Below are positions 9,984 through 19,096 of a stretch of DNA of 64,000 nt, piece by piece. A program made the position numbers and the translations under genes. Below the pieces are notes generated by a model. The model was not told the origin of the DNA and searched no databases. It saw nothing but the letters and a program-made list of their open reading frames with translations. The stretch is from assembly GCA_037385645.1 (NCBI GenBank), contig JARRMU010000001.1, positions 2,110-66,109 on the forward strand. The letters are read 5' to 3'. Within the stretch, counting starts at the first letter, position 1; each line of letters starts with the position of its first letter. The stretch is from Gemmatimonadales bacterium (GTDB lineage Bacteria; Gemmatimonadota; Gemmatimonadetes; Palauibacterales; Palauibacteraceae).

Positions 9984-10592
9984 ATGGACGCCGTTCTCAG
10001 TGCTCGCCTGACTTCACTGCGCGAGGAAGGCCGAGCGATATGGAATCGCTTCGACAGCGATGTGCGCCGGATCCGATTCCACCCCTTCATGCCGTCCGAC
10101 TATGAGTGCGTGCTCCAAGCGCTAATGACGTTGCGACGCCCGGGCCTGCGGTTTCTGGAATGGGGGTCCGCGACCGGCGTAATCACCATCATGGCTGATC
10201 TTCTCGGCTTTGAAGCATACGGGATCGAGATCGATGCCGAGCTCGTCGATATGGCGCGGGGTTTGGCCGAGAGGTCCGATTCGGATGCCCGTTTCGCCGC
10301 CGGCAGCTTCCTGCCGGACGGCTACGAGTGGATATCCGACACGGGCGATGGACGTCTCGGCACCATCGGTCGCGGTGCCTCGGCGTACCCGGAACTGGGG
10401 TGGTGCCTGAAAGACTTCGATCTGGTCTTCGCGTTCCCTTGGGACGGCGAAATGCCGATCATGCAGGACCTTATGCGACGCCGAGGTGGGAGCGGGGCGA
10501 TCTTCCTCCTATACCACGCCACGGAGGGCGTACAACTGTATCGTCGCGGCAGGCGCTGGACGGCCACAGAGGTCTGGAACGCCGGAAGCTGA
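9984..10592 (+). CDS. Putative class I SAM-dependent methyltransferase-like protein
   Basis: A LEWGSATGV glycine-rich motif I-like segment is followed by an acidic loop. The start was taken at MDAVLS, after the preceding ORF ends. Confidence 0.4.
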   Translation: MDAVLSARLTSLREEGRAIWNRFDSDVRRIRFHPFMPSDYECVLQALMTLRRPGLRFLEWGSATGVITIMADLLGFEAYGIEIDAELVDMARGLAERSDSDARFAAGSFLPDGYEWISDTGDGRLGTIGRGASAYPELGWCLKDFDLVFAFPWDGEMPIMQDLMRRRGGSGAIFLLYHATEGVQLYRRGRRWTATEVWNAGS

Positions 10593-10604
10593 CAGGTCGT
10601 CGAC

Positions 10605-11099
10605 ATGAACGACCCCCGCCTGGCCGAACTGGTTCGGATGCTCGATCCGCAGGCAGGCCATCGGCTCTGGTTCGGTGGAGCCTCTCCGCTCGGCTGTCTG
10701 CGTGGCGTATCGGTCGATGCAGCCGTATGGAGGCCGGCGCCCGATCGGCACAGCATCTGGGAGCTCACGCTTCACATCGCCTATTGGAAATACGCCGTCC
10801 GACGGATTCTGGAAGGGGGGCCAAAGGGCGGATTCGCGCGGGCGCCCTCCAACTGGCCGCGCCAGCCGGCCTTGCCCGATGACGCCTCGTGGAAGGAGGA
10901 TCGGGCCCTCCTCAAGTCCGAGCATGAACAGCTCAACGCCGCGGTCGCATCGCTCGATCCGGAGCGCCTCGACGCGATGGCCGCGGGCAGCGGAGCCTAC
11001 CGCTATGCGGATCTCCTGCACGGGATCGTCATGCACGACGCGTATCATGTCGGACAGATTCAGCTGCTGAAGCGGATCTATCGGGAGCTTGGAGCCTAG
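10605..11099 (+). CDS. DinB/YfiT-like (DinB_2) metal-dependent hydrolase family protein
   Basis: The conserved His triad is spaced H..(ELTLHIAYWKY)...HDAYHVGQI over a four-helix pattern, as in this family. Confidence 0.65.
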   Translation: MNDPRLAELVRMLDPQAGHRLWFGGASPLGCLRGVSVDAAVWRPAPDRHSIWELTLHIAYWKYAVRRILEGGPKGGFARAPSNWPRQPALPDDASWKEDRALLKSEHEQLNAAVASLDPERLDAMAAGSGAYRYADLLHGIVMHDAYHVGQIQLLKRIYRELGA

Positions 11100-11165
11100 C
11101 AGGTGTGGCGGGCCCGGTTCGCGGGGGGCGACGATTCCCGAGGTTGGTGGTGCGTGGGCAGGGAT

Positions 11166-12167
11166 CTACGGATCGACGAAGTAGCGGTCGACGTAGAACT
11201 TCCGGGCGAGGTAGCGGTTCCTCCAGCCGGGCCGGAACCTGTCCAGCAGGATTCCCTCGACCGCACCGATCGGGTAGAACAAGACCCGTCTGAGCTCGGG
11301 CAGGCTGCGCTCGAGCTCGCTCCGCACCGTCTCCCGCAGCTCCTCGGCGGCGGCCGAGTACGGCAAAAAATCCGGCAGCGCCTCGAACCGCGCCGAAGGC
11401 GCGTACCCGCTTCCGGCCCGGGCTGCCACGGCGAGTTGCGTGTAGCGGGCGATGCCTTCTTGCCAGATCTGGAACGACAGGTATCGGTAGTCCTGCTCGC
11501 CGAGCGTCTGCCGCAGCCGATCTCGCTGGGCCAGGTAATCACCCAGGATCTCAGTGGACGATGGGGAGCCGATCGAATCCAGCGCCAGCCTGGCCGTTCG
11601 TGCAAGCTTCTCCAGGGCGGCGGCCACCTGCGGCGAGTCGTAGGGAAACGGGTAGTCGAGCATCCACATCCCGCTGTCGTCCTCGTTGCTCAGGTCGAGT
11701 CCGTCCGTTGCCGGATAATAGTCTGCGTCCGACATCTGGAGCTGATGAAAGTGTTCGTGTAGCGCCGTGAGAACCCATTGGGTGGACGAGAGTCCGGTCG
11801 CCTCTGAGGTTCCGATCACCAGCGTGGGCAAGCCCGATACGGCCGGGAAGGTCGCCAGCAGGCCGGGCTCGAAGACTCGCGGACGCAGGAGCACGTCTTC
11901 ATTGAGAAGAGGGTCGTGACCCAAGGACTCGAAATCGTCAGTCGGATCAGGATGCCCGATGAGGAATTCATGCTCGCCTTCCACGAGAAGAACGGCGAAC
12001 GGCACTTCCGACCAGCCCGGCCACAGCTGCTCGACCGCGTCGGCGAGCCGAAATGCCTCCGCAATTCGAACGCGGTCGGCATAGGCCAGCTCCTGGGCGT
12101 GGACGGACCGCGAAAGGGCCAGGAGGCAAGAAACCAGCAGAAGGAGCAACCCTAGACGCCTGATCAT
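11166..12167 (-). CDS. Secreted hypothetical protein with HExxH motif (putative zinc hydrolase)
   Basis: It has a signal peptide (MIRRLGLLLLLVSCLLALSRSVHAQ) and an LHEHFHQL motif. Confidence 0.55.
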   Translation of the reverse strand: MIRRLGLLLLLVSCLLALSRSVHAQELAYADRVRIAEAFRLADAVEQLWPGWSEVPFAVLLVEGEHEFLIGHPDPTDDFESLGHDPLLNEDVLLRPRVFEPGLLATFPAVSGLPTLVIGTSEATGLSSTQWVLTALHEHFHQLQMSDADYYPATDGLDLSNEDDSGMWMLDYPFPYDSPQVAAALEKLARTARLALDSIGSPSSTEILGDYLAQRDRLRQTLGEQDYRYLSFQIWQEGIARYTQLAVAARAGSGYAPSARFEALPDFLPYSAAAEELRETVRSELERSLPELRRVLFYPIGAVEGILLDRFRPGWRNRYLARKFYVDRYFVDP

Positions 12168-12296
12168 CGCACAGTGAGCTCGTTAGAGGACCGAAAGGAT
12201 ATCGCGCGGTTAAACTGTGGGATGCCGGAGGGAAGGGTAAGGTTGCCCTGGTCGCTTTCGGCGCTGCGAGGTGCTCGGCCAACCAGGAGGGAATGA

Positions 12297-12686
12297 ATGG
12301 CGAAAGCCATCGGCATCGGAGGCGTGTTTTTCAAGTGTGCCGACAAGCAGGGGCTCGGGGCCTGGTACGCGGAGCACCTAGGCCTGAAGATCGACGATTT
12401 CGGTGGCGTCGGGTTCGATGTGACCCGGCTTCCAGAAACGGCCTTCTGCGTCTGGGGGCCGTTCGAGGATTCCACGACCTACTTCGACCCCTCCGATAAG
12501 CCGTTCATGATCAACCTCGTCGTGGACGATCTCGATGGTGCGCTAGAAGAGGTGGAGAAGGGAGGCGCCGAGATCGTGGGCGAGATCGAGGAATACGAGT
12601 TCGGCCGCTTCGGTTGGTTCATCGATCCTGCGGGAACGAAGATCGAGCTCTGGCAGCCGACCGCTGCAGAGCCGGAAGACGCCTGA
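12297..12686 (+). CDS. VOC (glyoxalase/bleomycin-resistance fold) family protein
   Basis: There is an AGGAGGGA RBS. The ~129 aa length and the GxxxFxxxD...FxDPxG...E pattern fit the VOC family. Confidence 0.65.
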   Translation: MAKAIGIGGVFFKCADKQGLGAWYAEHLGLKIDDFGGVGFDVTRLPETAFCVWGPFEDSTTYFDPSDKPFMINLVVDDLDGALEEVEKGGAEIVGEIEEYEFGRFGWFIDPAGTKIELWQPTAAEPEDA

Positions 12687-12798
12687 TCCGGATACCTGCG
12701 AACGGCTGGCCCGAACCGGGGGAGTCCGGTATTTCTGGAGTCGGAAGAGGGCCGGGCATTCGAGGGGCGGCGAGCGCACAAGGAGACGGAGAGCAACG

Positions 12799-13260
12799 AT
12801 GAAGACCTTCGGCGGCGTGGTCATCGGCTACCTCATGATGGTCGCCTTCGTGTTTCTCTCCTTCTCGATTGCGTACGGAATCATGGGGGCGGACCGGGCC
12901 TTCCAGCCCGGCGTGTACGACGTCACCAGCCTGTGGATCATAACGAGCTTCATGCTCGGACTGGCCGGGGCGATCCTTGGCGGGTACGTGTGTGAGGCGA
13001 TCGCCCGCGAGGAGAGAGCGCCCAAGCTGCTGGCGGTCGTGGTTCTTCTTCTCGGCTTCGCTTTCGCGGTCCCGGTACTCACTACCACGTCGCCCTCCGC
13101 GCCACGCGAAGGGGCCGTCAGCAACGCCGTCGCCATGCAGAACGCCCAGCAGCCCCCATGGGTGGCGCTGCTGAACCCGCTGTTCGGCGCCATCGGCGTG
13201 CTGATCGGTGCCGGTGCGAGGACTGGTCGTTCGGAGGCCCCCTCCGACCCGGCCGCCTAG
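12799..13260 (+). CDS. Hypothetical integral membrane protein (about 4 TM segments)
   Basis: Hydrophobic segments alternate with short loops. No family was recognised. Confidence 0.45.
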   Translation: MKTFGGVVIGYLMMVAFVFLSFSIAYGIMGADRAFQPGVYDVTSLWIITSFMLGLAGAILGGYVCEAIAREERAPKLLAVVVLLLGFAFAVPVLTTTSPSAPREGAVSNAVAMQNAQQPPWVALLNPLFGAIGVLIGAGARTGRSEAPSDPAA

Positions 13261-13306
13261 GCTGCCACCGGTGGTGAGGCCGGTCCGCACCAACTAGCTT
13301 GGCAGG

Positions 13307-13339
13307 GCGCCGCCCCTCGGGGGCGGCGCGTTGCTTTCC
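13307..13339 (+). terminator. Candidate intrinsic terminator downstream of the membrane-protein gene
   Basis: A perfect 10-bp GC stem (GCGCCGCCCC tcg GGGGCGGCGC) is followed by TTGCTTTCC. Confidence 0.45.
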
Positions 13340-13390
13340 ACATGACGGACCCGATTCCCGGCCAGCGCCACTTCAGATGGCAGGACCGAC

Positions 13391-14986
13391 ATGAGCTTCG
13401 ATCTCGGCAAGCATGGCATCACCGTTGCGGACGTGCGCCGCAACCCGGCTCCGGCGGCGTTGTACGAGGCAGCGATCAGGCGAGAGGAAGACTCGGCCAT
13501 CGCGGCTAACGGCGCCCTCGTGGCCTATTCGGGGAAGAAGACCGGCCGTTCTCCGATGGACAAGCATCTGGTCAAGCACGTCGATTCGGAGGGTGAGGTC
13601 TGGTGGGGGCGCGTCAACTTCCCGATCGAGCCGGAGCTGTTCAGACTCAACCGGGAGCGGGCGCGAGACCTCCTAAACCTCTGCGACCCGGTCTTCTGCA
13701 TAGACGGCTTCGCCGGGTGGGATCCCAAGTACCAGATCAAGGTCCGAATTATTTGCTCGCGCCCGTACCATGCCCTCTTCATGCACGACATGCTCATTCG
13801 GCCGACCACGGAAGAGCTGGAGAGCTTCGGAGATCCGGACTATGTCATCTACAACGCCGGCCAGTTTCCAGCTGCCCACGAGACGACCGGCCTCTCGCCC
13901 ACCACCGTCGACCTGAGCTTTGAAGACCGTGAAGTCGTGATCCTCGGCACCGAGTACGCCGGAGAGATGAAAAAGGGCATCTTCACGATCATGAACTACC
14001 TGATGCCGAAGCAGGGCGTCCTCTCGATGCATTGCTCCGCGACGGCGGACCCGGAGACGGATCGCTCCTCGCTGCTCTTCGGTCTTTCGGGAACGGGAAA
14101 GACGACGCTCTCCGCGGATCCGAAACGGCTGCTCGTGGGCGATGACGAGCACTGCTGGTCCGACGAGGGGATCTTCAACATCGAGGGTGGCTGCTACGCC
14201 AAGACCATCGACCTCTCCATGGAGCACGAGCCGGACATCTTCCAGGCGCTCCGATTCGGCGCGGTGCTGGAGAACGTCGTCCTGGACGACCTCCGCAAGG
14301 TCGACTACTCGGATGACACGATCACGCAGAACACGCGCGGCGCCTATCCGATCACCTTCATCCCGAACGCCAAGATCCCCTGCGTGGCCGGCCACCCGAC
14401 GGACATCATCTTTCTCACGTGTGACGCGTTCGGCGTTCTGCCTCCGGTGAGCAAGCTCACCGAGGCGCAGGCGATGTACCAGTTCATCAGCGGGTACACG
14501 GCGAAGGTCGCAGGGACGGAGGTTGGCGTGACCGATCCGGAGACGACCTTCTCATCCTGCTTCGGCGCCCCGTTCCTCGTTTGGCATCCGGCCAAGTACG
14601 CGGAGGTGCTGGCCGAGAAGATCAAGGAGCACGGAACCGACGTCTGGCTGGTGAACACCGGATGGAGCGGCGGGGCCTACGGCGTCGGGGCGCGAATCAA
14701 GCTGCCCTACACGCGAGCCATCATCGACGCGATCCACAGCGGCGAGCTGAGAAACGCGCCCACGGAGCTGGACCCGGTCTTCGGCCTCCATATGATCACC
14801 GAGGTGTCGCGCGTCCCGTCTGCAATCCTCAAGCCGCGCGACACGTGGGCGGACAAAGCGGGCTACGATGCGACGGCGCGAAGGCTGGCCGACCTGTTTC
14901 GCGAGAACTTCGAGAAGTACGCCGATCACTGCGAGCCAGAGGTCTGCGAGGCGGGGCCCAGAGCGGCTGCCGAGATGGAGGGCTAG
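13391..14986 (+). CDS. pckA: Phosphoenolpyruvate carboxykinase (ATP)
   Basis: Kinase-1a GLSGTGKTT, the DDEHCW...FNIEGGCYAK motifs and a 531 aa length are typical of ATP-PEPCK. Confidence 0.9.
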   Translation: MSFDLGKHGITVADVRRNPAPAALYEAAIRREEDSAIAANGALVAYSGKKTGRSPMDKHLVKHVDSEGEVWWGRVNFPIEPELFRLNRERARDLLNLCDPVFCIDGFAGWDPKYQIKVRIICSRPYHALFMHDMLIRPTTEELESFGDPDYVIYNAGQFPAAHETTGLSPTTVDLSFEDREVVILGTEYAGEMKKGIFTIMNYLMPKQGVLSMHCSATADPETDRSSLLFGLSGTGKTTLSADPKRLLVGDDEHCWSDEGIFNIEGGCYAKTIDLSMEHEPDIFQALRFGAVLENVVLDDLRKVDYSDDTITQNTRGAYPITFIPNAKIPCVAGHPTDIIFLTCDAFGVLPPVSKLTEAQAMYQFISGYTAKVAGTEVGVTDPETTFSSCFGAPFLVWHPAKYAEVLAEKIKEHGTDVWLVNTGWSGGAYGVGARIKLPYTRAIIDAIHSGELRNAPTELDPVFGLHMITEVSRVPSAILKPRDTWADKAGYDATARRLADLFRENFEKYADHCEPEVCEAGPRAAAEMEG

Positions 14987-15087
14987 GTTCCAGCGCCCCA
15001 TCGGAGTCCTCGCGGATCGCGCCGTGCTGGGACGCCCGCCCTCGAGGCTCCTCGAGCTCGTCGATTCCCCAACCGAGGGAGGCGCTG

Positions 15088-15441
15088 TTGGACAGAGTCA
15101 GACGTGCCGACGCCGTGCCTGCCGAGGAGGTCTCGGCCGGCACGGCCACTTCGCGACAAGTCCTCATCGGACCGGAGGAGGCGCCCAACTTTGCCCTACG
15201 GCGCTTCCGCATGGCGCCCGGCGGAGGCATGCCGCCTCACACCAACTCGGTTGAGCACGAGCAGTACGTGCTTCGGGGCCGGGCTCGGATCGGGCTTGGG
15301 GATGAGGTCGTCGAAGTGTCGAAGGATGATGTCCTTTTCATCCCGGCGGGCACCCCGCACTGGTACGAAGCCCTGGGCGACGAGCCATTCGAGTTCCTGT
15401 GCGTGGTGCCGAACGCCCCGGACAGGATAGAGATCCTCTAG
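15088..15441 (+). CDS. Cupin domain protein
   Basis: A TTG start follows a GAGGGAGG RBS. The cupin motifs G(x)5HxH..E (PPHTNSVEHEQYVLRG) and FIPAGTPHWYE are present. Confidence 0.5.
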   Translation: MDRVRRADAVPAEEVSAGTATSRQVLIGPEEAPNFALRRFRMAPGGGMPPHTNSVEHEQYVLRGRARIGLGDEVVEVSKDDVLFIPAGTPHWYEALGDEPFEFLCVVPNAPDRIEIL

Positions 15442-15474
15442 CGGAACTTCTGCGCTCGCTAAGGACGCCGGCGG

Positions 15475-16011
15475 CTAGGGCCGCGGCTCCGGATGGGGGC
15501 TCCCGACGTCGAGCGCGACCTTCCAGCTGCCGTCGGCCTGCCGCTCCCAGATGGTCACGTAGGTGCCGGTGGCGATCACCGAGTCCGGATTCTCCTTGGG
15601 GGTCGCGCGGTAGCTCCCCACCGTGTAGCCGAGATCGGAGCCGGCGCGTGCGGCGGCTCGGGTCGGGTGCCACTCGAGTCGCACTGCCGAGAGATAGGGC
15701 TCCATCGCTTCCTGAATGGCGGCCTTGCCGGTGATCTCCTCTCCGTTTGCGAGCATCCGTCCGTCGGGCGCGAAAAAGTCCACCCATCCGGCGGCGCCCA
15801 GCTCTCCCGTCACCCGGTTGAACTCCATGTCTACTGCGAAGATCTGATCGGCTTCCGACTCGACGACCCGATCGGCGTTCGGCGCTGGGCTCTGACTCGC
15901 GTCCGACCTCTCCGACGCCGCCTGTTCACCGGGCCCGCATGCGAAAGCGAGCAGGCAGATCAACGACAGGAGACGCGCCGGCTGCCGGGCCCGCGGTCCG
16001 TGATCCCTCAT
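15475..16011 (-). CDS. Lipoprotein with SnoaL-like/NTF2-like (DUF4440-type) fold
   Basis: The lipobox LLAFAC-G follows MRDHGPRARQPARLLSL. The C-terminus is WKVALDV-like, as in NTF2-fold proteins. This is the last gene of the amidase operon. Confidence 0.5.
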   Translation of the reverse strand: MRDHGPRARQPARLLSLICLLAFACGPGEQAASERSDASQSPAPNADRVVESEADQIFAVDMEFNRVTGELGAAGWVDFFAPDGRMLANGEEITGKAAIQEAMEPYLSAVRLEWHPTRAAARAGSDLGYTVGSYRATPKENPDSVIATGTYVTIWERQADGSWKVALDVGSPHPEPRP

Positions 16012-16046
16012 GTTCACCTCCTCCGCGTGATCGGCGCGCCGTCCCG

Positions 16047-17471
16047 TCACATCTTCGGATGGCGAAGGTGCCAGTCGGTGCGCCGCTGGTACTCCATGGC
16101 GATGCCGATCGCCGCCGCCTCATCCCAAGCGCGCGCCGTGAACTGAAGGCCGGTCGGGAGACCGCGCTCGCCGAATCCGTTCGGGACCGTGATGCCGGGG
16201 ATGCCCGCCGCGTTCGCTCCCCCACCGATGGAGGGTCCGCCGAACTCCCCGAAATACTCCGAGAACCGAGCCTCGATCGGGCTGGCGACCGCGGAGCGCG
16301 TGGGCCCGACAATGGCGTCGACATCGCGGAGCACCTCGTCGAGCGCCCGCTGGATCTTAGCCCTGACGCGCTGCGCGTTGATGTAGTCCTTGGCCAGCAC
16401 CATCTGGCCGCCATACGGCTTGATCCGGTCCTCCGGTGCCGTCAGCTCGGCCACGCGGCCACTCTCGACCAGCTCCTCGAACGCGGCCGCTGCCTCCGCC
16501 CGGATGATCGTGCCGGCGACCGGTCCGTAGGGAAGGTCCGGAAGCTCGACCTCCTCGATCACCGAGAAATCGGCCAGCAGTTCGATCGCTCGCGCGAAGT
16601 TCTCGCGCACCTCCGGCTGCTCCTTTTCGCCCGTTCCCTTCAGAACGGCGAGCCGCGGCCGCCGAGGCGAGCTCGGCAGACCGGCTTCCACGTAACGGGA
16701 GTCCGTCAGATCGCGGTCGACCGCAGTGGGGTCGCGCTCATCCTTCCCGGCGATCACGCTCAGAACGGTCCAGCAATCCTCGGCGGATCTACACATCGGT
16801 CCGAGCTTGTCCATCGTCCAAGAGAGCGCCATGGCTCCGGCCCGACTCACCCTACCATAGGTGGGCCGCAGGCCCGAGACGCCGCAGAACGACGAAGGCG
16901 TGACAATCGATCCCCATGTCTCGCTGCCGATTGCAAAGCCGACAAGGCCTGCGGCCACCGCAGACCCGGGTCCGCTGGAGGAGCCGCCGCTCCAGGCGCC
17001 GGTGTTCCACGGGTTGAGGCCGGGGCCCGTGAGCGACGCGTTCGCTTGCTCGTATCCCATTCCACCGGCGAGCTCCACGGAGGCGAGCTTGGCCGTGAGC
17101 ACGGCCCCGGCGGCGTCCAGGCGTTGAACGACCGTTGCGTCCTCTTCGAACGTCTGGTCCTCGTATGGCCTCGCTCCCCAGGTGGTCGGGTAACCCCGCG
17201 CGGCGATCAGGTCCTTCACACCGTAAGGGATTCCGTGCAGCGGTCCCCGGTCGTTGCCGGCAGCGAGCTCCTCATCCGCCTTTCGCGCGGCGCGGATGGC
17301 TCGCGTCCCGGTGACCGTCGCCACCGCGTTCAACCGGTCCCCCAGATCCTCGAGCCGCTCCAAATAGGCTTCCGTGAGCTCCACCGAGGTGAATGCCCCC
17401 TCCCGCAGACCGCGGCCGATATCGGCGATCGTGCCGTAAAGGAGGTCGCGTCTCACACCCGTCGAGATCAT
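16047..17471 (-). CDS. Amidase-signature (AS) family amidase, no signal peptide
   Basis: The AS signature GGSSSGPGSAVAAG, the catalytic K (GIPYGVKD) and the S-cisS-K context are present. The start overlaps the upstream small ORF as ATGA. Confidence 0.85.
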   Translation of the reverse strand: MISTGVRRDLLYGTIADIGRGLREGAFTSVELTEAYLERLEDLGDRLNAVATVTGTRAIRAARKADEELAAGNDRGPLHGIPYGVKDLIAARGYPTTWGARPYEDQTFEEDATVVQRLDAAGAVLTAKLASVELAGGMGYEQANASLTGPGLNPWNTGAWSGGSSSGPGSAVAAGLVGFAIGSETWGSIVTPSSFCGVSGLRPTYGRVSRAGAMALSWTMDKLGPMCRSAEDCWTVLSVIAGKDERDPTAVDRDLTDSRYVEAGLPSSPRRPRLAVLKGTGEKEQPEVRENFARAIELLADFSVIEEVELPDLPYGPVAGTIIRAEAAAAFEELVESGRVAELTAPEDRIKPYGGQMVLAKDYINAQRVRAKIQRALDEVLRDVDAIVGPTRSAVASPIEARFSEYFGEFGGPSIGGGANAAGIPGITVPNGFGERGLPTGLQFTARAWDEAAAIGIAMEYQRRTDWHLRHPKM

Positions 17472-17899
17472 GCTCCCTCTCCCCGGTAGGCGCGAAACAT
17501 GAAGCTCGGCTCGTCGGAGCTGGCCAGCGCCACCTCTCGGATCCGTTCGCCGGCTCTCAAGCTGTCAACGATCCCCTCACGGATCTTGGCCAGATCATCT
17601 TCCGACAGTCGATCCCCGTACAGCGTCCGCACATACTGGAGAAGCGAATCCGCCCCAGCAGGCTCCTCCGCATCCGGGACCTCCTGCGGCATCGGTCCTC
17701 TACTCGGAGGCGGAATCACGAGGACCGGTACCCCCGCGGCGAACGGAACCAGCGCGGCAGTCCCGGCACGCTTGGCGAACTCGCGGCGGGAGAGGGGCCG
17801 GGTAGTGGTGCTCTCGTGCACGGTCCAATTACCCTTCTTGAGTGGATGAACCGCCGGAGACGGCCCGTCGGCGGCGAGCTGTTCCGGAAGACAGGTCAT
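17468..17899 (-). CDS. Small twin-arginine-signal protein with a GatC-like C-terminal region; putative partner subunit of the downstream amidase
   Basis: The Tat motif SRREFAK is followed by a hydrophobic h-region (AGTAALVPFAAGVPVLV). The C-terminus LSEDDLAKIREGIVDSLRAGERIREVALASSDEP resembles the GatC/AtzG pattern. The true start may be internal. Confidence 0.5.
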   Translation of the reverse strand: MTCLPEQLAADGPSPAVHPLKKGNWTVHESTTTRPLSRREFAKRAGTAALVPFAAGVPVLVIPPPSRGPMPQEVPDAEEPAGADSLLQYVRTLYGDRLSEDDLAKIREGIVDSLRAGERIREVALASSDEPSFMFRAYRGEGA

Positions 17900-17965
17900 G
17901 ATGCCGGCGCGCGCTCAGCGGCGACAGGGCCCCGCCAGGACGAATCGAGCACAGAGGCAGCGGTC

Positions 17966-19090
17966 ATGAGAGTCCCCAACTTCGCCATGGAGCGGTGGCA
18001 GTCGCACTATGAGCATCGCGTCCGCTACAACTTGTCGGAGAGCGGAGTGCTGCCGTTCTCCCTGGCCGAGCTCTTGGCGTGGATCGATCTGGCTCCGGCC
18101 GATGTCTCGCTGGGCTACCCACAGACCAACGGCTCCGATGAGCTGCGGGAGGCTGTCGCAGGGCTCTATGCGGAAGCGAGCCCCGACAACGTGCTGATCA
18201 CCGCCGGGAGCGCCGAGGCCAACTTCGTGACGCTCTGGCACCTGCTGGAGCCCGGAGATCGCGCGGTCGTGCTCGTTCCCACATACGGGCAGACGCCCGG
18301 CCTTGCCGAGGGGCTCGGGGCGCAGGTCGCCACGTTCGCTCTCGAAGAGAGCCTCTCGTGGCAGCCCTCTCCGGGAGCCGCCGAAGCGACGATCACGCCG
18401 GACACGCGGTTGGTCGTGGTCACCAATCCCTCGAATCCGACCGGCTCGACGCTGAGCGCGGATGCGATCGACGAAATCCTCTGCGCCTGCGAGCGCAGCG
18501 GCGCCTGGCTCCTGGCCGATGAGGTCTACATGGGGGCCGAAGCGGAGGGCCCTGAGACCGCCAGCTTCTGGGGCCGCTACGAGCGGACACTCGTGACGGG
18601 ATCGCTATCCAAGGCGTACGGTCTCCCCGGGCTCCGGCTTGGCTGGCTGGTCGGTCCGGCCGAGCAGATGGAGGAGCTGTGGGCCCGCAAGGACTACACG
18701 ACGATCTCTCCATCTGCCGTCTCCGATGCCCTGGCAACCGAGGTGCTTCGGCCCCAAACTCGGTGTCGAGTGCTCGCCCGCACGAGGGAGATCATCGTGC
18801 GAAACCGCGCGGTCGTCGACGACTGGGTAACCGGCCGCGAAACGGTCGGTCCGTGGATCCGGCCACGGGCAGGCGCGATCGGTCTGGTGCCACTCGACGG
18901 ATGCGCCAGCTCGTCCGAGCTCGCGGAGCATCTTCGGAGCGAATGGAGCGTGCTCGTCGTTCCGGGCGAACACTTCGGACTGGATGGCTTCATCCGCATC
19001 GGCTTCGGTGGAGAAGAGGCGGAGCTCGTAAGCGCGCTCGCCTGCATCGGCCGGGCCCTGGAAGCTCGCGCTGCTGAAAGGATATCTTGA
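17966..19090 (+). CDS. Class I/II PLP-dependent aminotransferase
   Basis: It has the SLSKAYGLPGLRLGW lysine motif and the NPSNPTG motif. The start was taken at MRVPNF; the ORF extension upstream of it is antisense to the Tat-protein gene. Confidence 0.8.
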   Translation: MRVPNFAMERWQSHYEHRVRYNLSESGVLPFSLAELLAWIDLAPADVSLGYPQTNGSDELREAVAGLYAEASPDNVLITAGSAEANFVTLWHLLEPGDRAVVLVPTYGQTPGLAEGLGAQVATFALEESLSWQPSPGAAEATITPDTRLVVVTNPSNPTGSTLSADAIDEILCACERSGAWLLADEVYMGAEAEGPETASFWGRYERTLVTGSLSKAYGLPGLRLGWLVGPAEQMEELWARKDYTTISPSAVSDALATEVLRPQTRCRVLARTREIIVRNRAVVDDWVTGRETVGPWIRPRAGAIGLVPLDGCASSSELAEHLRSEWSVLVVPGEHFGLDGFIRIGFGGEEAELVSALACIGRALEARAAERIS

Positions 19091-19096
19091 CCGGCG

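Noticed and set aside
14581-15087. Upstream part of the 286-aa ORF overlapping pckA
   Set aside because: It overlaps pckA out of frame. The cupin domain starts after the pckA stop at a TTG with a strong GAGGGAGG RBS.
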